NCBI GenBank assembly: GCA_963749915.1
Contig: CAVVOP010000008.1
Span: forward strand, 128,001-192,000
Source: an uncultured cyanobacterium
GTDB lineage: Bacteria; Cyanobacteriota; Cyanobacteriia; Cyanobacteriales; Cyanobacteriaceae
DNA: 64,000 nt
Direction: 5' to 3'
Both the position numbers and the translations under genes were made by a program. Below are positions 1 through 8,966 of this stretch, piece by piece. The notes under the pieces were generated by a model that was not told the DNA's origin, ran no database searches, and was given only the letters and a program-made list of their open reading frames with translations. Each line of letters opens with the position of its first letter. Position 1 is the stretch's first letter.

Positions 1-465
1 CTGGAACCACCACCCACACTGCTATTAGGGTTAGAACTATCCTCAGGGAGTCCAAATTGAACACTACCTCTAGAACCACCACCCACACTGCTATTAGGGT
101 TAGAAGCATCCCCAGGGAGTCCAAATTGTACATCCCCTCTGGAACCACCACCCACACTGCTATTAGGGTTAGAAGCATCCTCAGGGAGTCCAAATTGTAC
201 ATCCCCTCTGGAACCACCACCCACACTGCTATTAGGGTTAGAAGCATCCTCAGGGAGTCCAAATTGTACATCCCCTCTAGAACCACCACCAATGCTGCTA
301 TTAGGGTTAGAACTATCCCCAGGGAGTCCAAATTGTACATCCCCTCTGGAACCACCACCAATGCTGCTGTTAGGGTTAGAACTATCCTCAGGGAGTCCAA
401 ATTGAACACTACCTCTAGAACCACCACCAATGCTGCTGTTAGGGTTTTTATCGTCAGGCAGGCTA
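1..465. repeat. 69-bp coding tandem repeat (23 aa)
   Basis: GAACCACCACC recurs at 4, 73, 142, 211, 280, 349 and 418 (exact period 69). Confidence 0.97.
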
Positions 466-608
466 AATTCTACTAAGGTAATTAGCTGATTTTTGCTTAA
501 ATTATCAATTTTATATCTATTAGTAGTAGCTAATGTGATCTGAGAAGGCAGGAACATCATACTAACAATAATGCTAGATATTGAAATTGGAGTAATAACT
601 TGACACAT
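1..608 (-). CDS. Exported repeat protein, probably DUF928 family (3'-partial, runs off the window); N-terminal hydrophobic segment then 7 GGGSR-ending repeats
   Basis: Not in the ORF track. Manual translation from ATG at 608: MCQVITPISISSIIVSMMFLPSQITLA...EFSLPDDKNPNSSIGGGSR-(G[DS]VQFGLP[EG]D[AS]SNPNSS[IV]GGGSR)x6, open to position 1. F..P....P....GGGSR is the typical DUF928 N-terminal motif, and the CHAT/ShlB/COP23 context fits. Confidence 0.75.
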   Translation of the reverse strand, partial: MCQVITPISISSIIVSMMFLPSQITLATTNRYKIDNLSKNQLITLVEFSLPDDKNPNSSIGGGSRGSVQFGLPEDSSNPNSSIGGGSRGDVQFGLPGDSSNPNSSIGGGSRGDVQFGLPEDASNPNSSVGGGSRGDVQFGLPEDASNPNSSVGGGSRGDVQFGLPGDASNPNSSVGGGSRGSVQFGLPEDSSNPNSSVGGGS

Positions 609-677
609 ATTTTAATTGACCTATATAAATAACTTTATTTGTGAAAAAAAGGATAATTTTTAAATTCCGTACTTTAT

Positions 678-1367
678 TTAATCCTCATTCCTAACTCTAG
701 AACCGCCACCCAAACTGCTCTTAGGGTTAGAGCCATCCCCAGGAACTTGAAATTGAACATCATCGCCTCTAGAACCACCACCCAAACTTTCATTAGGGGC
801 TGCAGGGGGGAGTGCTAATTCGGTACTTTGTTTCATAATCGGAGCCTCTTTCAGATAGTTATTAATTGAGACAACATATTTTCCTTCTGGATCCCCTTTT
901 ATAGAAGTACCGCCAACCTGAACAGCATTGCTAAACAAATTTTGTAAAACCTGATCAGGATTATCCTCAGGTTGTAAGGTAATCAATAAGCTATCTTCTG
1001 TACACTCATAACCTTGACCAGCTTTCTTTCCTTGACTAACACAAATTACTTTTTGTTTATTGATTACACTTGTGGTAACATCTCCAAGAGTACCATTATC
1101 AGAAAACTTCTGAAATCGAGCCGTTACTTCTTCACATTGTGCTTGGGGAGTCCAGCCTGAACCTCTAAAATAATCACTTTTCCACACAATCAACTCAATT
1201 CTACCTCTTTGAGTATCTACTATTGTGGTGGGAACGCCGTTATTATTGATACAGCTATAAATATTTTTAGTGGCTTGAGCCTGAGTTGGTTTAGATACAA
1301 AAAAGTAACTAACACTGGTGATTACTAGGCTTGAAGCTAATATTTTGCCAATAAAATGATTCTTCAT
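678..1367 (-). CDS. COP23-domain exported protein with two C-terminal GGGSR repeats
   Basis: Signal peptide; motif LIVWKSDYFRGSGWTPQAQCEEVTARFQ...VICV...LLITLQPEDNPDQVLQNL is typical of cyanobacterial COP23; tail NESLGGGSRGDDVQFQVPGDGSNPKSSLGGGSR. Confidence 0.8.
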   Translation of the reverse strand: MKNHFIGKILASSLVITSVSYFFVSKPTQAQATKNIYSCINNNGVPTTIVDTQRGRIELIVWKSDYFRGSGWTPQAQCEEVTARFQKFSDNGTLGDVTTSVINKQKVICVSQGKKAGQGYECTEDSLLITLQPEDNPDQVLQNLFSNAVQVGGTSIKGDPEGKYVVSINNYLKEAPIMKQSTELALPPAAPNESLGGGSRGDDVQFQVPGDGSNPKSSLGGGSRVRNED

Positions 1368-1746
1368 AATCTTTACTCCTGGTCGTTTTGTAGCTTAAGA
1401 GCAATATAAGATGATTGATTATTCAATATATATTAAGGTTCATTTGGTTAAACTTAGGCAATTATGATGATTGCCTTCTATTTCTCTCTAGTCAGGATAA
1501 ATAAAACAGAGCAATTAGCTGATTTTTGGTAACTACCGAGGTCGTCAAATTTTGGGAAAAAACAATGACTTCTTGTTTAAGTATATCTTTCAGGCCCTCT
1601 AACCTGAATTATTCATGAACCAAAAACCAAAACTAAAAAAGCACAAAAGGACAATTTTTAAAGATAATTACCTCTACTCTAACACCTAATCCTTAGCCTC
1701 TGCCTTAATCTTAAGCTTATGATTATCTTGCCAATTTTTATTAAGA

Positions 1747-3309
1747 CTCATCGTTCGCTTAAATAAAATCAGATAACTGACAAAAAAAGGTTAAAATCTG
1801 GACTGGATAAAGCATTAAGCAACATGGAGTCAAAAGATTATTCCACAAATCCAGTCAGAACGAGTAGATGATTTACCATTAATTATCTATTGGCTAACAC
1901 AAATGAATATTGCCGCAATCATCGATGAAAATTTATTGACACCTCATGGTAATCGCAAAGGATTAAGTTATGGTCAACTAGCTGTATTATTACTCACGTA
2001 TATTATCAGTGAAGCAGACCATCGCCTTTGTTGTCTAGAAAAATGGGTTAATGACCATCATCACAGTCTTTCAGCCATAACAGGATGGAACATAGCCGAA
2101 AAAGATGCTACAGATGACCGTTGCGGAGACTTGTTAAAAACCATTGGAATTAGTGGTGAGCAAAGCATTCCTACGATGGAAACATCCCTATCGAAGCATT
2201 TAATCAAAGCTTATGAATTACCAACCCAAAAAGCCCGAAGCGATACTACAAGTTTTGCGGTATATCATCAAACATCAGAAACAGAGCAAGAATCATCTTT
2301 GATAAAATTCGGTTACAGTAAAGATAAACGACCAGATTTACAACAATATCGTCAAATGTTGGGTACATTAGATCCCTGTGGAATGCCATTAGTGGGTGCG
2401 ACTTTAGCTGGTAATGGCACAATCGGGCAAAAATCAATGAAGAGGGAGGAATCTATTGTTTCCCGTCGTTTACTCAAAGGGGAAAAAGCTTTAGCTACCT
2501 TAGCACAGCGACCTGGAAATGAGGAGCAAGTATTATGTAGGAAAGTAGAAGAGATACTAAAAAGCAATCGGATTCTCAAAATACATGGAATATTCAATCG
2601 AAAAAAAGATGAGTTATGACAAGGTGTATCAAGGATTTGGAAATCGTTCTGAATCGTCATCGCTTTGAGGGTGTTTACCCTGATGGAATTTGTAGTTCGC
2701 CGTGAATTACATCAATCTCAATCAAGTTTAGCAGGTCTTTATGATGGTAATCCTAAACGCAGTACTAATCGTCCCACCGCCGAAAAATTATTACGGGCTT
2801 TCTGTAACATAAATTTATATAGACATCGAGATGGTTCGCAAGAAATATCGGCATTGAATATGTTGCAAAAACAGATATTAAGTTTGATGAAAGTACCAGA
2901 GTATATTTATACTAACTTAGCCAGTGATTCGGGTTAAACTACAGTGAAATACGCAGATGGGCAATCAAAGAGGAAATGATTAGCGTATTTTAGACAATAA
3001 TAAAAAAGGGAAAAATAATTAAATTGGAGGAAAATCCCAATACATTTCTCCTGCCCACAAAAAAACTTCATGTTGAGTCAATCAATCTCCTTTTATTGTA
3101 GTATTGATTACACTAACTGATTTTTGTGGTGTAGCCCAAGTCTGATAATTTTTATTTTTGAGAGTAAGTTATAGTATCAAAATCGCTAACAAAAATCATC
3201 TCCCCTACCTTCTATACTTCGTTGCTACTTTTTTGGCTAAAATCCTTATCTATTAAACATTTGAAGTTATTTTTCAAATTTTTACTTTTTCAAATAAGCG
3301 AACAATGAG
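1747..3309 (+). mobile_element. IS1634-family element, internally deleted
   Basis: Terminal inverted repeats CTCATCGTTCGCTTA / TAAGCGAACAATGAG; 6-bp target duplication TTAAGA (1741-1746, 3310-3315); transposase remnants inside. Confidence 0.8.
1824..2937 (+). pseudogene. IS1634-family transposase, frameshifted and deleted
   Basis: QSERVDDLPLIIYWL, DTTSFAVY, FGYSKDKRPDLQQ and LAGLYDGNPKRSTNRPTAEKLL lie in broken frames; much shorter than a full transposase. Confidence 0.85.
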
Positions 3310-3370
3310 TTAAGATTGTCGATCAGAAATGGTAACATGGGAACCGAAACACAGCACAAATCATCCCACT

Positions 3371-3605
3371 ATGAATAAAAAATTAACCATTACTCTTGAT
3401 GAAAAAATCTATGATGGGCTTCATAGAATTGTTAGTCAGGATGCTGTTAGTTAGTTTATCGAAGATTTGTTGCGGCCCTATGTTATAAAAGAAGATCTAG
3501 AAGTTGCTTATCAGCAGATGGCGATGGATGAGGAGAGGGGAAGGACTGCCCTAGAATGGTCTGAGGCTATGATTGGAGACGTTGGCGATGAAACAAACGT
3601 GGTGA
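3371..3605 (+). pseudogene. Type II antitoxin (MazF-associated) with premature stop
   Basis: MNKKLTITLDEKIYDGLHRIVSQDAVS*FIEDLLRPYVIKEDLEVAYQQMAMDEE; in-frame TAG at 3452. Confidence 0.7.
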
Positions 3606-3837
3606 GGTTCGGTGGGTTAATTTTGAGCCTTCTATTGGTGGGGAAATAAGAAAAAGAAGACCTGCTATCATTGTCAGTAATGATATCGCTAATAGAAATC
3701 TTAATCGAGTTCAAGTATTACCTGTTACAAGTAATGTAGCCCGTGTTTATCCTCGTGATGCCCTTGTGGTTATAAATGACCGTCAAGGAAAGGCAATGGC
3801 TGATCAGTTAACCACGGTGTCGAAGTTTATGTATTAA
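3588..3837 (+). pseudogene. mazF: PemK/MazF toxin, frameshifted and 3'-truncated
   Basis: ATGAAAC-AAAC-GTGGTGAG: removing the 4-bp duplication gives MKRGEVRWVNFEPSIGGEIRKRRPAIIVSND...VLPVTS...AMADQLTTVSK. Confidence 0.85.
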
Positions 3838-4010
3838 CGTAAATATGTTGTTTCAGGCTTTTGGAGGTCGCTTTTGATAGCTGGCGATCGCCAAAATATG
3901 ATTGAAAAATCTAGCCACAAGCCTTGAAAAATATACCTGTTATTTCGGCTTTTCTGTCAATGCGTAAGTCCTAATCTTAATTTAACTTGAGTTAAATCTG
4001 AACATTTAAT

Positions 4011-6647
4011 TTATAGCCAATTACCAATAAGAACAAAAGATGACCAGAAATAGGGATGTTTATGAACCGGATTTCGCATAACTCGAATTTGTGCTTGTCT
4101 TAAGGCTTCTGCTTTACTAATTTTCCCAGTTGCTAATTGTTGATAAAAGGCGATCATTAGTTCTGATGTGGCCTCATCGCTAACAGGCCACAAACTACCC
4201 AAGGTACTTCTTGCACCAGATCGCAGAGCAAATCCAGCCAAACCCAGGGTCGCACGATCGTCCCCTTCTGCGGTTTGACAGGCACTCATTACCAATAGTT
4301 CAATCGGTTTAAGGATACCGACCCTCCTTTTTTGAAAGAGAAGATCAAAGTCTTGGAGCGAAATGCGATCGCTCCACGTCAAAAGGAAAGTCTCGTCGGG
4401 GTTAGAACTAAATTGTCCGTGAGTAGCAAGGTGAACAATGGAGAAATCTTGATTATTGAGGGCTATGGTAAAACTATCATGGGTAAAATTCTGATTAAGT
4501 AACACTTCAGGGGTGTTAACTTCTTGGGATATTTCCTCAATTTCAGCGGCTACTCCAGGTAACGCATTAAATCCCTGGCGTGCTTCGGTTAAACCCACAG
4601 CTAACATACTCAAGTCTTGTCTTTGTAATCCCTGGGGAAATAATTGTAAACCGGGGCTAAGGGCGATACTGAATTTTTCAATAAGATATTTATCGCCATC
4701 GAAAAGAGCAGACATCGGTATATTTCTGAGCAACCTATCGGGAATAAAAACTAAGGTTTTGATCTCATTGTTATTTAGGTCTATTTCCGCTGGTTTAATT
4801 AACCAATCATAAATTTGTTGGGAAAGCTGCCAATGTAAGTCACGCGGATAACCAGGAGAAAAAGAGGAATAAAATTCTTCAACTGTTGCTTCTACATCTT
4901 CATTAGCTAAAAAGGTAGTATAATGGCGTAATGGTTGTTTTGGTAGCGATAAAATCACCTCAAGCCTATCTTTCAAGATAATCGGATAAATAACGGCTGC
5001 TGAGGTATCAATTTCCTCAATTGCTACAGGACGAGTATCTAAACAAGCATCCCGGAAAAAGTTATCTAATTCCTCTATTTGCAATGCTTCCATTACTTCA
5101 CGGGCTTGTTTAAGATTGGTTTGAGTCACTTCTCCTTGATCTGTGGAGGGAGCTAATAATAAACTGACGTAATCTCGATAAATTGGCTCAATACTCTCTT
5201 TAAAAGAGAATTGTATATCTGAATTAATTGCGACTAAGTCACTACGGAGATTTTGAAGATTAGTAAAAGCGATGTAGTAAGCGGCGATCGCACTATCTGG
5301 CTCTCCTCTTTGTGTTAGGATCTTCCCCAACTGACTGGCTGCACGGGCTGTGATATCAACGGCATTAATCGTTTGAGCAATATCTAAACTCTGTTGTGTC
5401 AACTGTTGAGCGTCAGCCAATTCTCCAGCTTCCAGATAAACTTTCCCCAATTGATGTAAGCTATATGCTTCTGCTCTCGAATCCTGAATTTGTTTAGCTT
5501 CTTGAATTGCTTTTGCTAATATTTGGGCTGTTTTTTGATTATTGATAGCGGAAAAACTTCCACTGCTTTTGCCAACTTGGGAAATTTTAGTGAGGCTTTG
5601 TGCTAAATTAATTTCGGCGTAAATTCGAGGGCGACTAGGGGATAATTGGGCTAATTTGTCCTCAATATCAGGGATTAAATCCAGAGCAGGTTGCCATCTT
5701 TCCAATGCGACTAACATACTCAATTGATTAAGTTGTGCTTCCACTTGAGTCAGCTTATCAGGGGATAATTGAGCAGATTCTTGGTAATATGTCCAAGCTA
5801 CCCCATACTCCTCTAAATCTCTGGCAACATTACCAATGGCAAACAAAGCAGCACTAACATCCGTTGGCGATTGTAATTGTTTGCTTAGTTGCCAACTTTC
5901 TTCTAAAACTGCCTTAGATTGCTGAAGATCACCAGTAGCTTGTAGTGCTATCCCTAGACTTCTTAATCCCTGAGCTTTAATCAGATTGTCGGGTTGTTTT
6001 TGTAGTTCTGTAACTGATTGCTCTAAAATGGCTTTAGCCCTACGATACTGCCCCAAAGCTTGTAATGCTTGAGATTTATTGATATTACTAATTGATTTAC
6101 CTGTTTGATCATCATTACTTTGATAGATTTTTGCCGCTTGTTCCCAAGTATTCAAAGCTGTCTGAGTTTGTCCCTGGGATAATTGTAGTATTCCCTGAAT
6201 GTTTAATGCTTGAGCCAAAAGTAAATCACTCTTGGCATCTCGTTTTGTTTGGCTTTGGAGTAAATCAAGACTCATTGTAACCATACTTTGAGCCTTTGTT
6301 TGTTTACCCAAATCTTTATATCCTAATGCTAAATAATTAAGTGTCTGAATTTGACTAATTTTTGACCCTTGCTGCTGCTGATATTCCTCAAGTGCATTTT
6401 CCCAAACTTGAACAGCCTCAGCAAATTGTCCATTTCGGTAGTATTGTTTACCCTTTTGTAACAATTGTCTAGAATCAGATAATTCTTCTTGCCCTATTTC
6501 CTGTTGAGCTAATAAATTTAGTTCATAAGCCATAGCAGGATTAGCTTTAGCGATTAATGATACATGACATCCTAAATAACCAGATAATAGCCATGACAGT
6601 TTAGGCTTAAACTGAAAAATATTATTCAAAAATTTGGGATTATTCAT
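4011..6647 (-). CDS. TPR-repeat CHAT-domain (caspase-like) protease
   Basis: TPR array, then VHLATHGQF and VMSACQTA (intact His/Cys dyad) and HPYFWSSFVLIGNWL. Start placed at MNNPK because the longer ORF reads through an STRR repeat. Confidence 0.92.
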   Translation of the reverse strand: MNNPKFLNNIFQFKPKLSWLLSGYLGCHVSLIAKANPAMAYELNLLAQQEIGQEELSDSRQLLQKGKQYYRNGQFAEAVQVWENALEEYQQQQGSKISQIQTLNYLALGYKDLGKQTKAQSMVTMSLDLLQSQTKRDAKSDLLLAQALNIQGILQLSQGQTQTALNTWEQAAKIYQSNDDQTGKSISNINKSQALQALGQYRRAKAILEQSVTELQKQPDNLIKAQGLRSLGIALQATGDLQQSKAVLEESWQLSKQLQSPTDVSAALFAIGNVARDLEEYGVAWTYYQESAQLSPDKLTQVEAQLNQLSMLVALERWQPALDLIPDIEDKLAQLSPSRPRIYAEINLAQSLTKISQVGKSSGSFSAINNQKTAQILAKAIQEAKQIQDSRAEAYSLHQLGKVYLEAGELADAQQLTQQSLDIAQTINAVDITARAASQLGKILTQRGEPDSAIAAYYIAFTNLQNLRSDLVAINSDIQFSFKESIEPIYRDYVSLLLAPSTDQGEVTQTNLKQAREVMEALQIEELDNFFRDACLDTRPVAIEEIDTSAAVIYPIILKDRLEVILSLPKQPLRHYTTFLANEDVEATVEEFYSSFSPGYPRDLHWQLSQQIYDWLIKPAEIDLNNNEIKTLVFIPDRLLRNIPMSALFDGDKYLIEKFSIALSPGLQLFPQGLQRQDLSMLAVGLTEARQGFNALPGVAAEIEEISQEVNTPEVLLNQNFTHDSFTIALNNQDFSIVHLATHGQFSSNPDETFLLTWSDRISLQDFDLLFQKRRVGILKPIELLVMSACQTAEGDDRATLGLAGFALRSGARSTLGSLWPVSDEATSELMIAFYQQLATGKISKAEALRQAQIRVMRNPVHKHPYFWSSFVLIGNWL

Positions 6648-6709
6648 GGATTGGTTTTCTAGCTTAATTAATTCAGAAAATAATATTTTAATTGATTGTA
6701 TGTTGCAAA

Positions 6710-6752
6710 TTCTGCCTTCTGCCCTCTGCCCTCTGCTTCCTGCCTCCTGCCT
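6710..6752. repeat. STRR-type heptamer tandem repeat
   Basis: TTCTGCC/CTCTGCC/CCTGCCT units in the divergent intergenic region. Confidence 0.85.
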
Positions 6753-6900
6753 TACTCTCGACCACATTGATATTTTCCAAAACCCTCGCAGTCTTGAGTT
6801 GGAATTCATCAACAGAATTGAGAAAAGGATTATTATTACTTAACCATCTCATTAGGGATAATTGGCGCCTAGAATTAATTATATTGCGATCGATTTTATT

Positions 6901-8616
6901 ATGACACAACCTGATTTTTTATCGATATTTTATGCTTTATGTCTGGTTTCAATCACTACACCAATTGCCGCTCAAACTGTTCCTCAACCAGTGCGTCCCC
7001 TATTTCCTCGACCAGTGCGTCCGTCATTTCCTCAACCAGTGCGTCCGCCATTGGAACCTTTACCGGAACCATCAACTCTACCACCTCTGGAAGACTTGCT
7101 GCCACAGTTAAAAGCACCCAGTGGTGAATCACAAACACCACAGTTAGATATTCCCGGAACAATTGTGGTTAGACAATTTGAAGTAATTGGTAGTACTATT
7201 TTTAGTCAGTCAGAACTGACAGAATTACTCAAGCCTTATACTAATCGTCCCCTTTCTTTTGCTGAACTAATGCAAGCACAAGAGGCTGTCACTCAGCTAT
7301 ATATTAACAAAGGATACATTACCACTGGCTCTTTTATTCCTCCTCAAACCCTAAAAGACGGCATAGTGAAAATTGAAGTAGTAGAGGGCTCAGTAGAGAA
7401 AATTGAGGTGAAAGGACTCAAGCGACTCCCCACCAGCTACATCACTAGCCGACTGGAGAAGGCAACTAAAGCACCCCTCAACCAAGAGAAACTCCTGGAA
7501 GCCTTACAAATGCTTCAGCTCAACCCTTTAATTGAGAGGTTATCTGCAGAACTAAGTACGGGAACTAGCCCGGGAAGGGACATTTTAACAGTGGAGATCA
7601 AGCAAGCTTCCGCCTTTGCTGCTAGTCTGAGATTTGATAATGAAAGAGTCCCCTCTGTGGGCAGTGATCGACGTATAATTGAACTCACCCACGGTAATCT
7701 CTTGGGGATTGGCGATCGCCTCAACGTCAGATACTATAACACCAATGGCTCGAACGCCTTGGACGATCTCAGTTATACCATTCCTGTTAATCCTGCCAAC
7801 GGCACTCTCAGCTTCACTTACCGCTTAATTGATAGTAGAGTTATTGAAGAACCCTTTAATGAGCTCGATTTAGAATCAGATTTTCGGCAATACTCCTTTA
7901 CCTACCGCCAACCAATTCTTCAAACTCCTAATCAAGAATTGGCCTTGGGCTTAACCTTCGACAGGCAGACATCAAATATTAATCTTTTAGATAACCTTTT
8001 AAAGGGAGAAACCAGAATTTCTGCCCTGCGTTTTTTCCAAGAATACTCTTGGCGAAGCACTCAAGACGTTTTTGCACTGCGATCGCAATTTAGTGTCGGA
8101 CTGGAAGGTTTCCAAACCACTCTCAATGCTGACAAAACTGACGAGGGATTTTTTGTTTGGCGGGGGCAAGCCCAGTATATCCGTTTACTATCACCAGGTA
8201 CTATCCTCTTGTTGAGGTCCGACTTACAACTAGCAGATCGACCCTTAATTCCTATCGAACAGTTTAGCCTAGGAGGTGCTCTTACAGTCAGGGGTTATCG
8301 TCAAGATCTTTTGCTAGCGGATAACGGGTTCTTCGCTTCAGCAGAAATACGCACTCCTATTTTGCGAATTCCCGAATGGCAGACAACTTTTCAGTTAACT
8401 CCCTTTATTGATGTTGGTACTACCTGGAATAATGATGATATCCCAGTAATACCCCGTCGAAGTCTTTATTCTGTGGGCATAGGCTTACGGGTGGAAGTTG
8501 GCAATAATTTTAATGCCCGACTAGATTGGGGTATCCCTTTAGCAGATGTAAATATAGATAAGGATACACTACAAGAAAATGGCATTTACTTCGTAATTGA
8601 ATATAAACCTTTTTAA
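6901..8616 (+). CDS. ShlB/FhaC/HecB (TpsB) outer-membrane transporter
   Basis: Signal peptide, Pro-rich repeats (PQPVRP x3), POTRA (LYINKGYITT), EQFSLGGALTVRGY motif, C-terminal Phe. Confidence 0.92.
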   Translation: MTQPDFLSIFYALCLVSITTPIAAQTVPQPVRPLFPRPVRPSFPQPVRPPLEPLPEPSTLPPLEDLLPQLKAPSGESQTPQLDIPGTIVVRQFEVIGSTIFSQSELTELLKPYTNRPLSFAELMQAQEAVTQLYINKGYITTGSFIPPQTLKDGIVKIEVVEGSVEKIEVKGLKRLPTSYITSRLEKATKAPLNQEKLLEALQMLQLNPLIERLSAELSTGTSPGRDILTVEIKQASAFAASLRFDNERVPSVGSDRRIIELTHGNLLGIGDRLNVRYYNTNGSNALDDLSYTIPVNPANGTLSFTYRLIDSRVIEEPFNELDLESDFRQYSFTYRQPILQTPNQELALGLTFDRQTSNINLLDNLLKGETRISALRFFQEYSWRSTQDVFALRSQFSVGLEGFQTTLNADKTDEGFFVWRGQAQYIRLLSPGTILLLRSDLQLADRPLIPIEQFSLGGALTVRGYRQDLLLADNGFFASAEIRTPILRIPEWQTTFQLTPFIDVGTTWNNDDIPVIPRRSLYSVGIGLRVEVGNNFNARLDWGIPLADVNIDKDTLQENGIYFVIEYKPF

Positions 8617-8728
8617 CCTACTATTGCCCTGTCTTCTCCAGGCATGGGAGTGTCAATTTGCTAGGGCTCAGATTATTGCCAATTAATAACCAAATATTAA
8701 CTATTCATAACAATTAGACAAGGTACCC

Positions 8729-8776
8729 GTGTAAAAATACTTGTGTAAAAAATACTTGCGTAAAAATACTTGCGTA
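8729..8776. promoter_or_regulatory. Triple direct repeat G(T/C)GTAAAAATACTT upstream of the adhesin; candidate operator
   Basis: Units start at 8729, 8743 and 8758, with a partial copy at 8772. Confidence 0.45.
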
Positions 8777-8966
8777 TAAGCAATTTTAGACGGGAACTAT
8801 AGAAAAAAATTATCGACCTGTTTATCAAATCTTCATCAAAAACACTGGTAAATCTCACTCAATTTAAGATATCTTAATTCATAGTAGATATCTTAATCAA
8901 GTAAGAAATTACTTTTAAGTACATAAGTAAAATCAACCAGAGGAATTAACAGAGGGTTTATAAATT

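Noticed and set aside
57..476. Plus-strand 139-aa repetitive ORF; possible CRISPR array
   Set aside because: It is the antisense shadow of the minus-strand repeat gene. Units repeat in full with no unique spacers, so it is not a CRISPR array.
678..695. ATCCTCATTCCTAA at the COP23 end matches the ISAzo13 right end (13003-13016)
   Set aside because: A 14-bp AT-rich match is plausible by chance in 64 kb; there is no second end or target duplication.
6648..6812. N-terminal extension of the CHAT ORF (RQEAGSRGQRAEGR)
   Set aside because: It is a translation of an STRR repeat; the downstream ATG is more plausible.
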